Assembly (NCBI GenBank): GCA_001938485.1 | Contig: MQRK01226410.1 | Span: 1-64,000, forward strand | Reading direction: 5' to 3' | DNA from: Girardia tigrina | Lineage: Eukaryota | DNA: 64,000 nucleotides | Part shown: piece by piece, positions 25,727 through 38,118 of the stretch | Layout of the letters: the number at the start of each line of letters is the position of its first letter | How positions within the stretch are numbered: position 1 is the first letter of the stretch | Notes under the pieces: generated by a model | What the model was told of the DNA's origin: nothing | Database searches by the model: none | The model's input: only the letters and a program-made list of their open reading frames with translations | Position numbers and translations under genes: made by a program

Positions 25727-26301
25727 NNNNNNNNNNNNNNNNNNNNNNNNNNNNNNNNNNNNNNNNNNNNNNNNNNNNNNNNNNNNNNNNNNNNNNNNNN
25801 NNNNNNNNNNNNNNNNNNNNNNNNNNNNNNNNNNNNNNNNNNNNNNNNNNNNNNNNNNNNNNNNNNNNNNNNNNNNNNNNNNNNNNNNNNNNNNNNNNNN
25901 NNNNNNNNNNNNNNNNNNNNNNNNNNNNNNNNNNNNNNNNNNNNNNNNNNNNNNNNNNNNNNNNNNNNNNNNNNNNNNNNNNNNNNNNNNNNNNNNNNNN
26001 NNNNNNNNNNNNNNNNNNNNNNNNNNNNNNNNNNNNNNNNNNNNNNNNNNNNNNNNNNNNNNNNNNNNNNNNNNNNNNNNNNNNNNNNNNNNNNNNNNNN
26101 NNNNNNNNNNNNNNNNNNNNNNNNNNNNNNNNNNNNNNNNNNNNNNNNNNNNNNNNNNNNNNNNNNNNNNNNNNNNNNNNNNNNNNNNNNNNNNNNNNNN
26201 NNNNNNNNNNNNNNNNNNNNNNNNNNNNNNNNNNNNNNNNNNNNNNNNNNNNNNNNNNNNNNNNNNNNNNNNNNNNNNNNNNNNNNNNNNNNNNNNNNNN
26301 N

Positions 26302-26341
<40 letters not shown>

Positions 26342-27495
26342 CAGTCCACCCTCGGTTTTGGGGCAAAAAATATTAAATATTTCCCCAAAACCAAAAAAAC
26401 ACCCAAAAAATTAATAAAAACATCGAAAAACTAAATAAAATTTATTCCAATTTTTTAAAATAATCAGTTATTGTTTTCCCAAATTTAAATTCCCTCCTTA
26501 AAAAATTATTAAATTGCATTCTAAACTTTATGTATTCTTTTTGAACATCAAAAGGTATATATTCAATAACATCTTCCAATTCTTTAAGTTTTTCCCATCC
26601 CAGCTTTAGTTTATCATAACGAACTTTTTCACAAATTTCAGCTGTTCCGGTCTCCTTCTCCAGCGGTTCTGATAAATTTTCTTCATAAACCTCAACAATA
26701 ACGTCCTCTATATCTTCCTCAAACATATGAATTTTCATATTTTGGTTGGTTTCTTCTTTTTTGGAAAATGCCTTTTTGAAACAATTAATAATCGATTCTT
26801 TGGATATTAACTCCCAGGTAATAGAAGTAAAAACAATAGCATTTTTAATATTAATGTTTTTAAATCATCTTCTTCAGTTGCCAAAAAATCCACAAGAGAA
26901 TTATTGTAATGATCCTTGAATGCCTTTATCAAACCCATATCCAATGGCTGTGTTATGGAAGTTATTTTTTTGTCTTGTGTTTCCAAACTTAATGCTTTTT
27001 CTTTATAAATTACCACACACATTCAATAACAATCCGATAATAAAATTCGGCCCCCTTTGTCTTTAGTTATTTTCAAATTAACTTTTTGAATAAATTTCTT
27101 ATCACCAAGTTAGAAATATTTTTGTAATAATATTCAATTAATAACGATTTGAACTTCTGTTAGTTGGCATAATGTTTAAAGAAAGCACAAGTTAAAAAAA
27201 ATAAACAGTTAATTAATAGAATATTAAAAGTTTATTCATTATTTTTTAAAAAAAGGCTTGTAATATTTTAAATTTTGGGAAATTTTGATACCTATTTCAG
27301 ACCAAGATTAAATATTATTTTTAGGTTAAAAAATATGCCCCTAAAAACGAAACACAATTGTACTTTTGGAATAAAAACACAATATAAATAATATGTAATA
27401 GTGTGATTATCTTAAAACCTGCCCCAAAAACCAAAATTTCCCCAGAAATCAAGGTGCCCCACCATAAAGAATGCCCCGGAAACGAGGGTGGACTG
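26342..27495 (-). mobile_element. pogo/Tigger transposon, internally deleted
   Basis: TIRs cagtccaccctcg / cgagggtggactg with TA flanks; TSITQPLDMGLIKAFKDHY motif. Confidence 0.85.
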
Positions 27496-27614
27496 TATAT
27501 ATGTGTGTTATTTTATTCAATTTTGCATAAATCATATTTTGTTTTTGTTTTATTAATTTTTACAATGATTAATGGAAATATAAATTTAGATCTTTAAAAA
27601 TATTTTAATGGACA

Positions 27615-28362
27615 TGTTAGGGTTTTGAAAATATATGCGAACATTTTTGATAAAGTTTTATATAGGAAATTTTTAAATAATTCTTTTAGTAAAATTATTA
27701 ATTTCAAACAAAATAATATTTAGTTTAACAAAACTTGGAATTAAAAATTATAAATGTTTGTTTTACTTCATCAAAAATTATAAATATTTTAGTCTTTGTT
27801 TTATTTCATCAATTTTCAAGGCTGATGAAAATTACTATATAAACAGTAGCAAATTTAGTTTTAGTTTGCCCAAAAATATTTTCAAGAAATTTACTTAAAG
27901 AAGAAGTCTCTGAAACAAGTAACGTTAGTGCAAAAGCTTACTTCATTTTAATTTTATTCTTTTTAAAATATTCTTTTAATTTTAAAACCAAAAGTATCCC
28001 GTATGGGAGAACAAGGTTTAAACTAAAAGATTACAATATCTTTCGTTTTGGGAGATTCACAGCTTTTACTGTAATCTGTTAACTCACACGAAATATTGAT
28101 TTGTGTTTGTATTCTGTCATCAAGAGTTGAATTATTATTATTAGTATTTTTGACTTGTTAATTTTTGTTATTTGAAATAAAATTTAATAAAAGAATTTGT
28201 GTTCATTATTCATATATTTATGTTGGAAGTCCTTTCTGATTAATTGGAGTCAGATCAAAGATTAAATATTTCAGATTTCAGATTATTGATTATAGATCAA
28301 AGAATAAAGTTTTGTGTTTTGAAACGTAAATATTAAAATCAAAGATAATTTAATACCCAACA
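27615..28362 (+). mobile_element. Solo LTR
   Basis: tgttag...ccaaca termini, 4-bp TSD gaca, AATAAA near the 3' end. Confidence 0.7.
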
Positions 28363-28639
28363 GACATGTCCTGTAAAAATTCAATTCCTAAATAATTTTT
28401 TCTTTAATTTTAAATCATTCAATTATAAATTATTTTTAAAAAGACTTTCCATGGACAATTAACTTCAATAAAACATTATGATTTTTATTTTAGAACTTGA
28501 TTTTAAAATATTCAATAAATTATTTTTTTAATAAAACTTTTCCGTTGACAATTAAATTCAATAAGCATTATGATTTTTATTTTAAATAGTGTTACAAGAT
28601 ATATCAAAATCTTCTTTACAATATTCTTTAACTCCGAAG

Positions 28640-28967
28640 CTGTTATTTTAATTGTGATTTTTTAAAACCTAATTTTTATAAAAAGTTTTTCTAATTTAAT
28701 TAGTAAAATATTATCATTGCACTATAATTTTTTATAAAAACTTATTTCATTTTAATTAGTAAAATACTATCTGCGAACTATAATTTTTATAAAAAGTTAT
28801 TTCAATTTAATTAGTAAAAATATTATCTATAAACTTAAAACTTTTTTTATAAAAGTTATTTCATTTTAATTATTAGAACATTATTTTTTAATTTAGCTCA
28901 AATATAAATATGATTTTTAATTTTAAAATATCAAAAATTTACAGTTCACCAAAAAGAACCCCTAACA
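28640..28967 (-). mobile_element. Partial LTR of the 7129-14655 Gypsy family
   Basis: Reverse complement of 7129-7190 joined to 9229 onward; internal tandem units of about 60 bp; left limit approximate. Confidence 0.75.
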
Positions 28968-29079
28968 CACTACAACACTTAATTAATAATAAAACATTAC
29001 TTGGACTTATAAATAACCAATCTTCTTTGATATCGATTGATTTTAATAAAGCATTTAATTCTTTTATCAATTTATTTAG

Positions 29080-31356
29080 ATCATGGATTTGTTGGATCCA
29101 TCCATTGAACCCTTAACATATAACCATCCATTTTTATCAACCATTTGTACTATCCGTGACCTGATTTGTTGGTTTCATAAATGTCGTAACTCTATTGGTC
29201 GTATATCTCTTCCTATTGATACAAGTTCGTGTCGTCTTGCATTATCCCCAGATACAAGTCTGCATGTCTTAATTGATATGTTTCAACAGTTAAAGTGGCA
29301 TTTGGTGATGCCATCGGGGGCCCAATCTAAACGTATTTACGGAAGCGATAATCTGGATAAGACACTAGAATGTCTTGATTTATATCCCAGTGCTCATCTT
29401 CTCGCTATCATCAGCTGCCCGTTAGAATTACAAAAGGAAATCAAACCGAAACATACAAAGTTACTCCAGATGTCTTCAAACCTAAATAATTTTATTGATC
29501 CTAACGCAATTACAAATAAAGATTCCAATAATTGTTGCGTTAATATTAGGATGATCAACTATCGTAACAACCCTCTTTATCTGCAAGGCAATGCTTCGTA
29601 TTCTCATAACTACGATCCCAAGAAAACAACTCTTCAGAGAATCGCTGTCGACTTTTCTTGCTTCTGTCAAATGAATCTAGCATCCTTTACTCTCTTACAA
29701 ATGCAACCGAGGAAAAGATTCTCTTATCCTGATGATTATTTACGCACGTTATCTGATCTTGGTCTTGGTGGTGATGTGACTCTTTACTGTCATTCTATTT
29801 TACCGGTGGCTACAGAATCCAATGACAACAACAGTGTCTCAAACAATAGCAACGAAGTCATAATGCCAAATATTGATCTATTCAATCCAAGGACTGACAT
29901 CGCTGCTGTGACTGTTCATAGTCGAACTGAAACCGGAGTTTTACCGTTCTCTGGAGTCGGTGTATCTCTTCCAGGATCTTATACAAGTAAAACAGTCGCT
30001 GAGATTTGGACTAATAAACAACTGAGTCTTCCTGGTGCTCGAGTGGTTTCATTCGATCAAAGTACGATTAAAAACGTACCGAAGTCATTATACTATTTGT
30101 GTTTCCAAGAAATTTATCATTCTTTAAAGTTGTATAATTCTCTTGTTTGTCAATCGGTAAAAAAGTTACCCAATAACATTCAACAAACCCTTATTAAACA
30201 TCTGATTGATGAGCAACTATTAACGCCAAGTATCATTAAATTTTTCTGCTCTCCTGGGACGTGTCTTACCACTCTAGATCTTTCTTATACGATCTTGGCA
30301 ACAAACGAAATTCTCAAGTGCGTGAGCAGGTGTCTGTCATTGTTGGAGCTTGTACTCGACAATGAGGAACACGTATTTAGCAATGAGGGTTTATGGCACT
30401 TGCGGAATTGTTCCAATTTGAGACGTCTTAGTTTGAACTATTGTAGCAAAATTAACGACTGGGGGATTCAGGTTGTTGGCGTGTTGCCCGCTCTTTCCGT
30501 GCTTGCTATCAAATATACATCAGTAACTAACGTCGGTCTAAAGCACATCTTTCTCCATCTCAACACAGAAAATGAATCCACTTCAATACCAGTATTAAAA
30601 TCTCTGGATTTATCAGGTTTATCGATTAGTGATGAGTGTTTGTCTTCCATTGCGATCTTCCGACGACTGGAATTGTTGAATCTTTCTTCGACCAATCTAA
30701 CAAATCCGTCTCTCTTTCCTCATTTGGCCGAATTGCGTCACATTGACATCAGTAACTGCCAATCCCTGGTCTGGGAGAAACAAGCCCACATAAAATCTTT
30801 GAGTGAATCGTTTCCAAAATTATCTTCAATTAATGTACGAGGAGTATCGAATTCCAATCTAGTGCACGTAACCATGGCAATATCTCATTGTAAAAATCTC
30901 AGTCAAATAGACGGTATCTTCTGTCATTCTCAAATGACTGCCAGTCTGGCAGCAAGTTTGTCTCATTTGCCCCTTGAAACCATTATTCTGACAAATTGTC
31001 GACACGTTACTGATTTGTGGTTACCTGTGCTCGCTCGGTTCTCCGAAACTCTGACGCATCTTGTGATCAGTTCTTGTCCTTCGATCACTGGTCAAAACAA
31101 CTCGCTTGTAAATAACTTGAGTAGATTAAGGAATCTATCTTGGCTTGACCTGACCCATCTCGAGAACGTCAGTGGCCTTCAAATCTGTCAGCTTATTCTT
31201 GGACAGTATTTCCCCAAACTGCAGGTTGTTTGGATATCTCTCACCGAGGCTGAGGAAATTCAGTTTAGGACTGCCTCCAAAAACCTTCATTTTAAAGTAA
31301 ATGTTTCAAAGAGTTTTGTAAATTCACTCGAGTCAGATCTAGCGGCAAATATTTAA
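29080..31356 (+). CDS. Terminal exon of UBA-UBX-UBX-LRR gene: two UBX-like domains, SHP box, BC/Cul2 box, leucine-rich repeats
   Basis: tttag acceptor; 758 sense codons. Motifs DKTLECLDLYPSAHL, QPRKRF..DDYLRTLSDLGL, FSGVGVSL, SLYYLCFQEI, LPNNIQQTL, then many LxxLxLxxC/T repeats. Confidence 0.88.
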   Translation: MMDLLDPSIEPLTYNHPFLSTICTIRDLICWFHKCRNSIGRISLPIDTSSCRLALSPDTSLHVLIDMFQQLKWHLVMPSGAQSKRIYGSDNLDKTLECLDLYPSAHLLAIISCPLELQKEIKPKHTKLLQMSSNLNNFIDPNAITNKDSNNCCVNIRMINYRNNPLYLQGNASYSHNYDPKKTTLQRIAVDFSCFCQMNLASFTLLQMQPRKRFSYPDDYLRTLSDLGLGGDVTLYCHSILPVATESNDNNSVSNNSNEVIMPNIDLFNPRTDIAAVTVHSRTETGVLPFSGVGVSLPGSYTSKTVAEIWTNKQLSLPGARVVSFDQSTIKNVPKSLYYLCFQEIYHSLKLYNSLVCQSVKKLPNNIQQTLIKHLIDEQLLTPSIIKFFCSPGTCLTTLDLSYTILATNEILKCVSRCLSLLELVLDNEEHVFSNEGLWHLRNCSNLRRLSLNYCSKINDWGIQVVGVLPALSVLAIKYTSVTNVGLKHIFLHLNTENESTSIPVLKSLDLSGLSISDECLSSIAIFRRLELLNLSSTNLTNPSLFPHLAELRHIDISNCQSLVWEKQAHIKSLSESFPKLSSINVRGVSNSNLVHVTMAISHCKNLSQIDGIFCHSQMTASLAASLSHLPLETIILTNCRHVTDLWLPVLARFSETLTHLVISSCPSITGQNNSLVNNLSRLRNLSWLDLTHLENVSGLQICQLILGQYFPKLQVVWISLTEAEEIQFRTASKNLHFKVNVSKSFVNSLESDLAANI

Positions 31357-32042
31357 TAAAAGACTTGGGTTGTCTCAGGGATTCATCCTATTATCATTAT
31401 CGCAATGATTATTATTATTATTATCATATATTATTTATATTATCATTATTATTATTGTAGGATCATCGATGGATATTTTTGCATTTTTGTTCTTTATTTT
31501 TGTTTTAAATAAAATGTTCAATTTGTTCGATAATGTTATTTCTACTATTTATGGTCTGCGGAGTCCTGCGCTAGGAATGTGTTGCGTCGCCTTCCCGATA
31601 AGAACTTTACAATTCATAAAATAGAAATTATTTACGATAGAAAGAAGTAAAATCGTAATGACGAAAAGAAAAACATCACATCCTGTGCTTGCAATGCGAG
31701 AAAGTGTTTGGTGAAAGTAACATTTTATATTAAACAAAATGGAAAAGTTGAAATGTATAAATATATACAACTGTAGTATTACATAAATATGAAAAAAAAG
31801 TTTAAAAATATTTTTAAAAATGAAATTTAAGCAGATAGAGAACATTTTAAAAAATATCGACAAACACTACTGTGAGGAATATTTTGAATGTTTGATGTTT
31901 TGTGTTTGAATGTGTATGTTGATTTGAAGATGTATCTCTGCTACCCAGATGGATGATTAATATTTGAATTCTTATTATCTAAAAATATGTTATGTTTAAA
32001 TTTATTTTTAATTTCAAATAATTTTACAATTTTAAATAAGTT

Positions 32043-35000
32043 TGTGAAGGACAGCTTCACTCTTAAAATTTTTGAAACAATTAATTTTTATAAAGAATTT
32101 CTAAAATAAGGAAATATGTAAAATCAAAAGTTTTTTTAAGTAATTATAATTAAAAAATATATTTAATTAATTTTAAAAAGTTATTTTCGGAAATAATCAA
32201 ATTTTAATTGTAGAGTAAAAAAACTTCATCTGAAATAGTGAAATTAATTGGGAAATAATGGATTTTTAAATAATTGATTTAAAAGAAATATATAAAGACA
32301 ATGATAATAATAATATGAATTATAAAATTAATAAAAATAAGTCATTATTCATGAGCGAGCCGAACTTCTATAAGGTACCAGAAACAAGTCACAAAGTGGT
32401 AAAATTTATAAAAAAGGTCACGTTTAATGAAAGAGAATTGTTGATAATAACTAATTATGAAAATGTACCATTTTTTTACAGTAGATTAGAGGGTCGACCA
32501 AGTATCAGAGTCATGATTGAGGACACAGAAATTGAATGCCTATTAGATACGGGGGCAGCCTTAAATGTGATGACAGAAGAAATACTTAAGAAATTAAAGA
32601 GCACACAAATGGAACAAACAAATCAGAAATTGACAGCAGCAAATGGATTACAAATGGATGTTAGAGGAGAAATAGACACTGATCGAAATTGGGAAGAAAT
32701 AAGAGAAAATAAGATTTATAATAGTAAAGAATTTAAGACCAGACATGATTGGGGGCATGCCCTTAATGAAAGAATTCGGAATAGAGCTACAATGGAAAGA
32801 AGATAAACAACAGGGTACGAGTAAAATCAACATATGCGAAATCGAGGCAAAGTTTGGGAAAGGAATCACAGACGAAGAACGAGAAAAGGAAGCATTGAAA
32901 ATGATCGATACACGAAACGATAAAGCCATAGAGGAAATAATTCACCAATATCAAGGCATATTCATGGCAAACGACTGGTATGTTGGCTGTACGAACTTGT
33001 TACGACATAGAATAGAAACAACAGGTGGACCTATAAACACAAAACCGAGAAGACAGCCAGTACACTTAGAGGACAAACTTGAGGAAGCAATCAAAAATCT
33101 AGAAGAAAATGGAATAATAAAGCCATGCAATTCAAAATGGAACACACCAATAGCATGCGTTTGGAAAAAAGACAAGGACAAAATCAGACTGTGTCCAGAT
33201 TTCAGACAGTTAAACCTAATTACAAAGAAACAGGCATTCCCCATGCCAAATATAGCGGAAATGATGGAAAGGCTATATGGAACCAAATATTTCAGCACAA
33301 TAGACTTAGGAAACGCGTACTATCAGGTAGAATTGGACAAGGAATCACAGGAAAAAACGGCGTTTTCCACTAAATCAGGACAATTCTGTTTTAAACGGAT
33401 GCTTTTCGGGATAGCAGCAGCCCCAGGAACGTTTCAAGAACTAATGAACAAAGTATTAAAACCGATAAAGAAGGGAGCATCAGTTTATCTTCATGGCATA
33501 ATAATAGCAACAAGCACAAAGGACGAACATTATAACGTAGTCAAAGAAGTATTTGGAAGAATAAAGGAGACAGGATTAAGAATCAAACCATCGAAATGTA
33601 AAATATTATGACAAGAAGTAAAATTTTTAGGACATGTTATAAATGATAAAGAGATACAGGCAAACCCAGAAAAAATAGCAGAAATAGAGAATTTTCAAAG
33701 ACCCTCATGTATCAAAAATTTAAGAAGTTTTCTAGGAATTTGCAATTACTACATAAGGTTTATAAATGGATATGCGAAGAAAGCTTTAATATTGGAAGGA
33801 ATGTGTGGCTCGAATAAAGAAAAAATAATTTGGACAGATGCATGTGAAATAGCTTCTCAGGACATGAAGAAAGCATTGATAACGGCACCAATATTGAGTT
33901 TTCCAAATTTCAAAAATCAGTTTATTTTAGATATAGACACTGGTTTTGACAGCATAGGGGCGGTACTATCGCAGATAGTTGAATCAGGCAAGGAACAAGT
34001 AATAGCAAATGGATCACATTCTATGTCAGCACACGAAAAAGGATATTGCATAACAAGAAAAGAACTTTTGGCAATTTTTTACTTCTGCCAACAATTCAAT
34101 CATTACTTATACGGGAAAAAATTTAAGCTGAGAACGGACCATAAAGCTATAACGTTCATGTTTCATACAAAGAAACCATTAACAGCTCAATTCCAAACGT
34201 GGATGAATTACTTGAGCAGTTTAGATATAGAAATAGAATACAGGAAAGGAGAACTACACAACAACGCGGATATGCTATCCAGACGAAATTGCGACACGTG
34301 TACTCAGTGTCAAATGAAACATGAAGAAGCTGAAAAGGGTAAGAATAAGACTAGATTGTTAGCAGTGACTACAAAGAGCCAAGCGAGGGCAGGTCAGAAA
34401 GAATGGATACAAAAAGAAAAACGGAACGATTTAATAATACAGGCACAGATTATTGTGTCATGCAGGAGCAGAAAAAGTATATGAATTTCTAAGGGACAAG
34501 TTTGATATGGAGGAAGAAAAGAAAACAGTAAAGGAGGTAGTCGGAACATGTATAGAGTGCCAACAAACAAAGGCAATGACCACGAAGACAAAGGAAGAAC
34601 ACGTTAAAATAACAGTGTCGGAAATATTTGAAAAGTTTTATATAGATATATATTGACCGTGGCATCTGACAGTAAGAAGAGAAAGATACATTCTCGGAAT
34701 GATAGATCACTTTAGCAAGTACATCAGCTTGACGGTAATCAAGAGACAGGACGAAGAAACAATTGTACAAACAATATTACAAAAATGGATATTAACATTT
34801 GGTGCACCAAAGGAGATACATGTTGATTGTGGTAAGAGTTTCGAGGCAAAAAAAGTTAGAAAAATGTTGGAGAAAAAAGGCGTTAAAATAATTTTCTCTA
34901 GTCCATACCACCAAAATACAAATGGAATAATCGAAAGACAATTCAGGACCATTCGAGAATTCATTCAAGCTAGTTTAAAAGAAAGGAATGCCATGAGTTG

Positions 35001-35800
35001 GGCAGATATATTACCAGAAGTGGAATTCTCATTAAATGCAACAAAACAAAAAACAATAGGGTGTAGTCCAGTGGAAGTAGTGTTTGGTAAGAAAATAGAC
35101 AGACAACAGTGGTACAATGGAAGTAAAATAGATCAAGATGACACAAGACAAAGAATAAAAGAAAAGAACATCCTGGAAGGAATTGAGACCAAAAGAGTAT
35201 ACAAAGTGGGAGATATGGTCTGGATACAGAAGGAAATAAGAACGAAAGGCGAAGAAAGATTTGAGGGACCATATGAAATCATAGAAAGATTCATGATAGC
35301 AGCTATAGACTGAAGGATACAAATGATAAACAAATAATACGGAATGTTGAAAATTTCAAAAATTTGAAAAAAAACAGGGGGAATGTGAAGGACAGGTCCA
35401 TTCTTTAAATTTTTGAAATAATTAATTTTTATAAATAATCTCTAAAATAAGGAAATATTTAAAATCAAAAGTTTTCTAAAACAATTATAACTAAAAAATA
35501 TCTTAATTAATTTTAACCCTTGAATGCATCTTGTATCAAAAATGATACAACAAACGTTTGAAAGTGCCATGCATCCAGTTTGTGTAAATAATTGCTGTCC
35601 TTTGTAAATAAATTATCTTTGTACATTTTTGTCTATGACGATTATAACAAAACATGTCAAAACTCCCGCCAATATTGATATAAACGTCAAAATAATATAA
35701 ACAGAAAAAAATATTTCATGAAAAAATAAAAAATCATGCATTTAAGGGTTAAAAAAGTTATTTTCATAAATAATTGAATTTTTATTGTATTGTTTTAATT
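32043..35800 (+). mobile_element. Decayed Ty3/Gypsy element lacking gag (LTR starts at 32043 and 35384; pol 32315-35380)
   Basis: Matching LTR starts tgtgaaggacag; PPT cagggggaa; protease LLDTGA, RT (YLDD mutated to YLHG), RNase H, integrase. Closely related to pol at 10700-14560. Right end approximate. Confidence 0.9.
35517..35748. mobile_element. piggyBac-type MITE in the 3' LTR
   Basis: TTAA flanks; TIRs cccttgaatgcat / atgcatttaaggg. Confidence 0.85.
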
Positions 35801-36289
35801 GTTTTGTATTTATTTTAAAAGTTATTCGGAAGAATAACTTTATGAAATTTTTGTTTTCAGAGATGTAATAAAAAAAGATAATTTAAATTTAAAACCCAAT
35901 TGGAAATTCTGCCAATTAAAATTCCATAAATAATTAATAAAAATATATATAGAAACTGCCATTAAAAATTTTATAATTAATGAATCGCTATTAAATAATA
36001 ATAAACTTAAATATTGCTTAAATTAAATATTTTGTATTTTAAATCTGTAAATTGTATTTTAAAATCGTAAATTGTATATCAAATACTAAAAATTGTATTT
36101 TAAATTTGTGAACTGTATTTTGAATTCGTAAATTGTATTTTTTAAATTTAAATATTGATAATAAATAAAACGTTAAACTCTTTTTTTGTTAATTTGGGTT
36201 AAAATAAATTTTGCTGATTTTAAATCAAATTTTATCAAATAATAGAATGTTTAATTTATAAAATTAAAGAAAAAATTTTAATTTTTAAA

Positions 36290-37452
36290 AATCTCGTTTT
36301 AATAAATAACATCAGTATTTATAATTCCATATTTTTATGTCAAAAGAAAACGAAAGTTCCTCAAGAAAAATTATTTAAATAACATTGTTATTTGTGTTAT
36401 TAATAAAGTCTTGGTGTTAATGAATTATAATCTTGATCAAAAGCCCAACAAACTTCTTTCTTTTCAGGGTTTCTACAAGGCTCTTTGAGATGATGGGGCA
36501 AAGTAATCCGGCTCTATTTGGCATGATGCTCCTGAATCTCTTAGGTTCGTGATGTCTCTGTTTCAGATGGGGCCTATTTAAACGCACTGGGGAATAGTCG
36601 AGTAAGACTGTTCCCCTACCTTTGTTAAACAAATGGAAAACCCTTTCGTAACAATTGCATGTCTTACAGGCACAGAAGATGGCAAAGTGTGTGTACCGGT
36701 ATGAAACTGGCAGAAATTCCGGACGATGAAGTTGGCGTTTCGAAAGCTGGTTGGTTTAAAAACCTTCCATTACTTTCACTTCAAACCCAGGTGAAGTGGA
36801 CATCCAAGAACATTCTGACTCGCCAGTGCACAGAGTTCGAATGAGCAATGTTGAAAATCTGGATGACGATAAAGCAGATGAAATTATTCCAGGTGGAATG
36901 TCCTATGAACGACGAGAGAATCTTTTTGAGAAGATAAGACAGTTCTGCTCTGCAGAAACAAAAGAATTCTTTGTCCAAACCCGGTACAATTAGCTGCAGA
37001 TAATATTATAGTTTCAAGTGAACAGTGTGAACCATCGACCAGTGCTGCTCCTGTTAATATTAGAGAATCAGGCGAAGACTGTACACTTCGGGTCGAAAAA
37101 GACCTGAGGGACGGATGAAGGTTAAAATATATCTAAAATAATAAAAAAATCATTTTGGTTAATTTAGTAAAAATATGACTACAATAAATTATGTAAGTTT
37201 TTTCATTTAAATTAAGTTGCATAAAATAGTGGAATGTAAATTTTTAAAATAGAAAATAAAAAAGTTTTAATTTAAAAATAGCTTATCAGTATTTATAGTT
37301 CCATGTGTTATATAAAAAATCTGGTCAAAAAAGAAAACGAAGAAAAGTTCCTCGACGAAAATTGTTATTAAAAATTGTTTGAATAATTGTTAATTGTGTT
37401 ATAAATAAAACTTTGGTGTTAATGAGTCTTAATCTCGATCAAGAACCCAACA
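36290..37452 (+). repeat. Two related LTR 3' ends (about 36290-36449 and 37270-37452) bracketing a transposase-like remnant
   Basis: Both end aataaa..ttggtgttaatga...cccaaca. Between them: GTEDGKVCVPV.NWQKF and IIPGGMSYERRENLFEKIRQFC, which resemble the C-terminus of Sola/DUF7869-type transposases (from recall). Confidence 0.45.
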
Positions 37453-37728
37453 AAGTTAATTAGTTTTTACAATTTTTAATAAATAAATCAAATTAATATT
37501 TTTTAAATAATTACTAATCATTTTAATTTCTATCCAATAAGTTTTTAGTAAATATTTTATTAAAATATTTATTTCCCCATTTGCTAAAAATTAATATTAT
37601 ATATTATTAGTTTTAAATAAATATTAGTTTAGAATGCAATCGTACGAAAGCTTTGACAAAGATTGTCTTAGGGAAATCAAAATTGTTGTTTAAATAAAAA
37701 TATGAAAAGTCAAATTGGTGTTCTTAAT

Positions 37729-38118
37729 ATGGCGACACACGACCACGTGACTCCGAATATCAAAGGTCCAGAAACATTCGACGGATCTGAGACAAAAGTG
37801 GAAGCATTTATAAAGAATTTCAACAGATACGCAAAGATAATGGAATTTTCGGAGGAAAGGAAAGTCCTTTTAGTCACGCCATACATGACACCGGAGGCAA
37901 TAATCAAGTATGAAACAGCACCCGGTGAAACATGTGAAGAAAAGTTAAGAGCAGCGTTCTCCAAGGAAAAAACCGTACTAGATTTAATGAACGAAATGTT
38001 AGATTTGAGAATTGGCTCCAGCGATCCCACAATAATATTTAGAAAGGCAGACGAACTAATAGAGAAATTGGTAGAGAAAAATTTGGATAAGAAAGAACTA
38101 TCGAATTTAGTATATGCT
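37729..38118 (+). mobile_element. Gypsy gag 5' fragment downstream of an LTR end and PBS
   Basis: ...cttaatA|TGGCGAC; MATHDHVTPNIKGPETFDG...VEAFIKNFNRY, similar in pattern to the gag at 9454. Confidence 0.7.

Noticed and set aside
22504-26406. Long ORFs made of X and YI repeats
   Set aside because: Artefacts of N gaps and (TA)n microsatellites.
28640-28880. Regular repeats of about 60 bp
   Set aside because: Tandem units inside an LTR with no unique spacers; not a CRISPR array.
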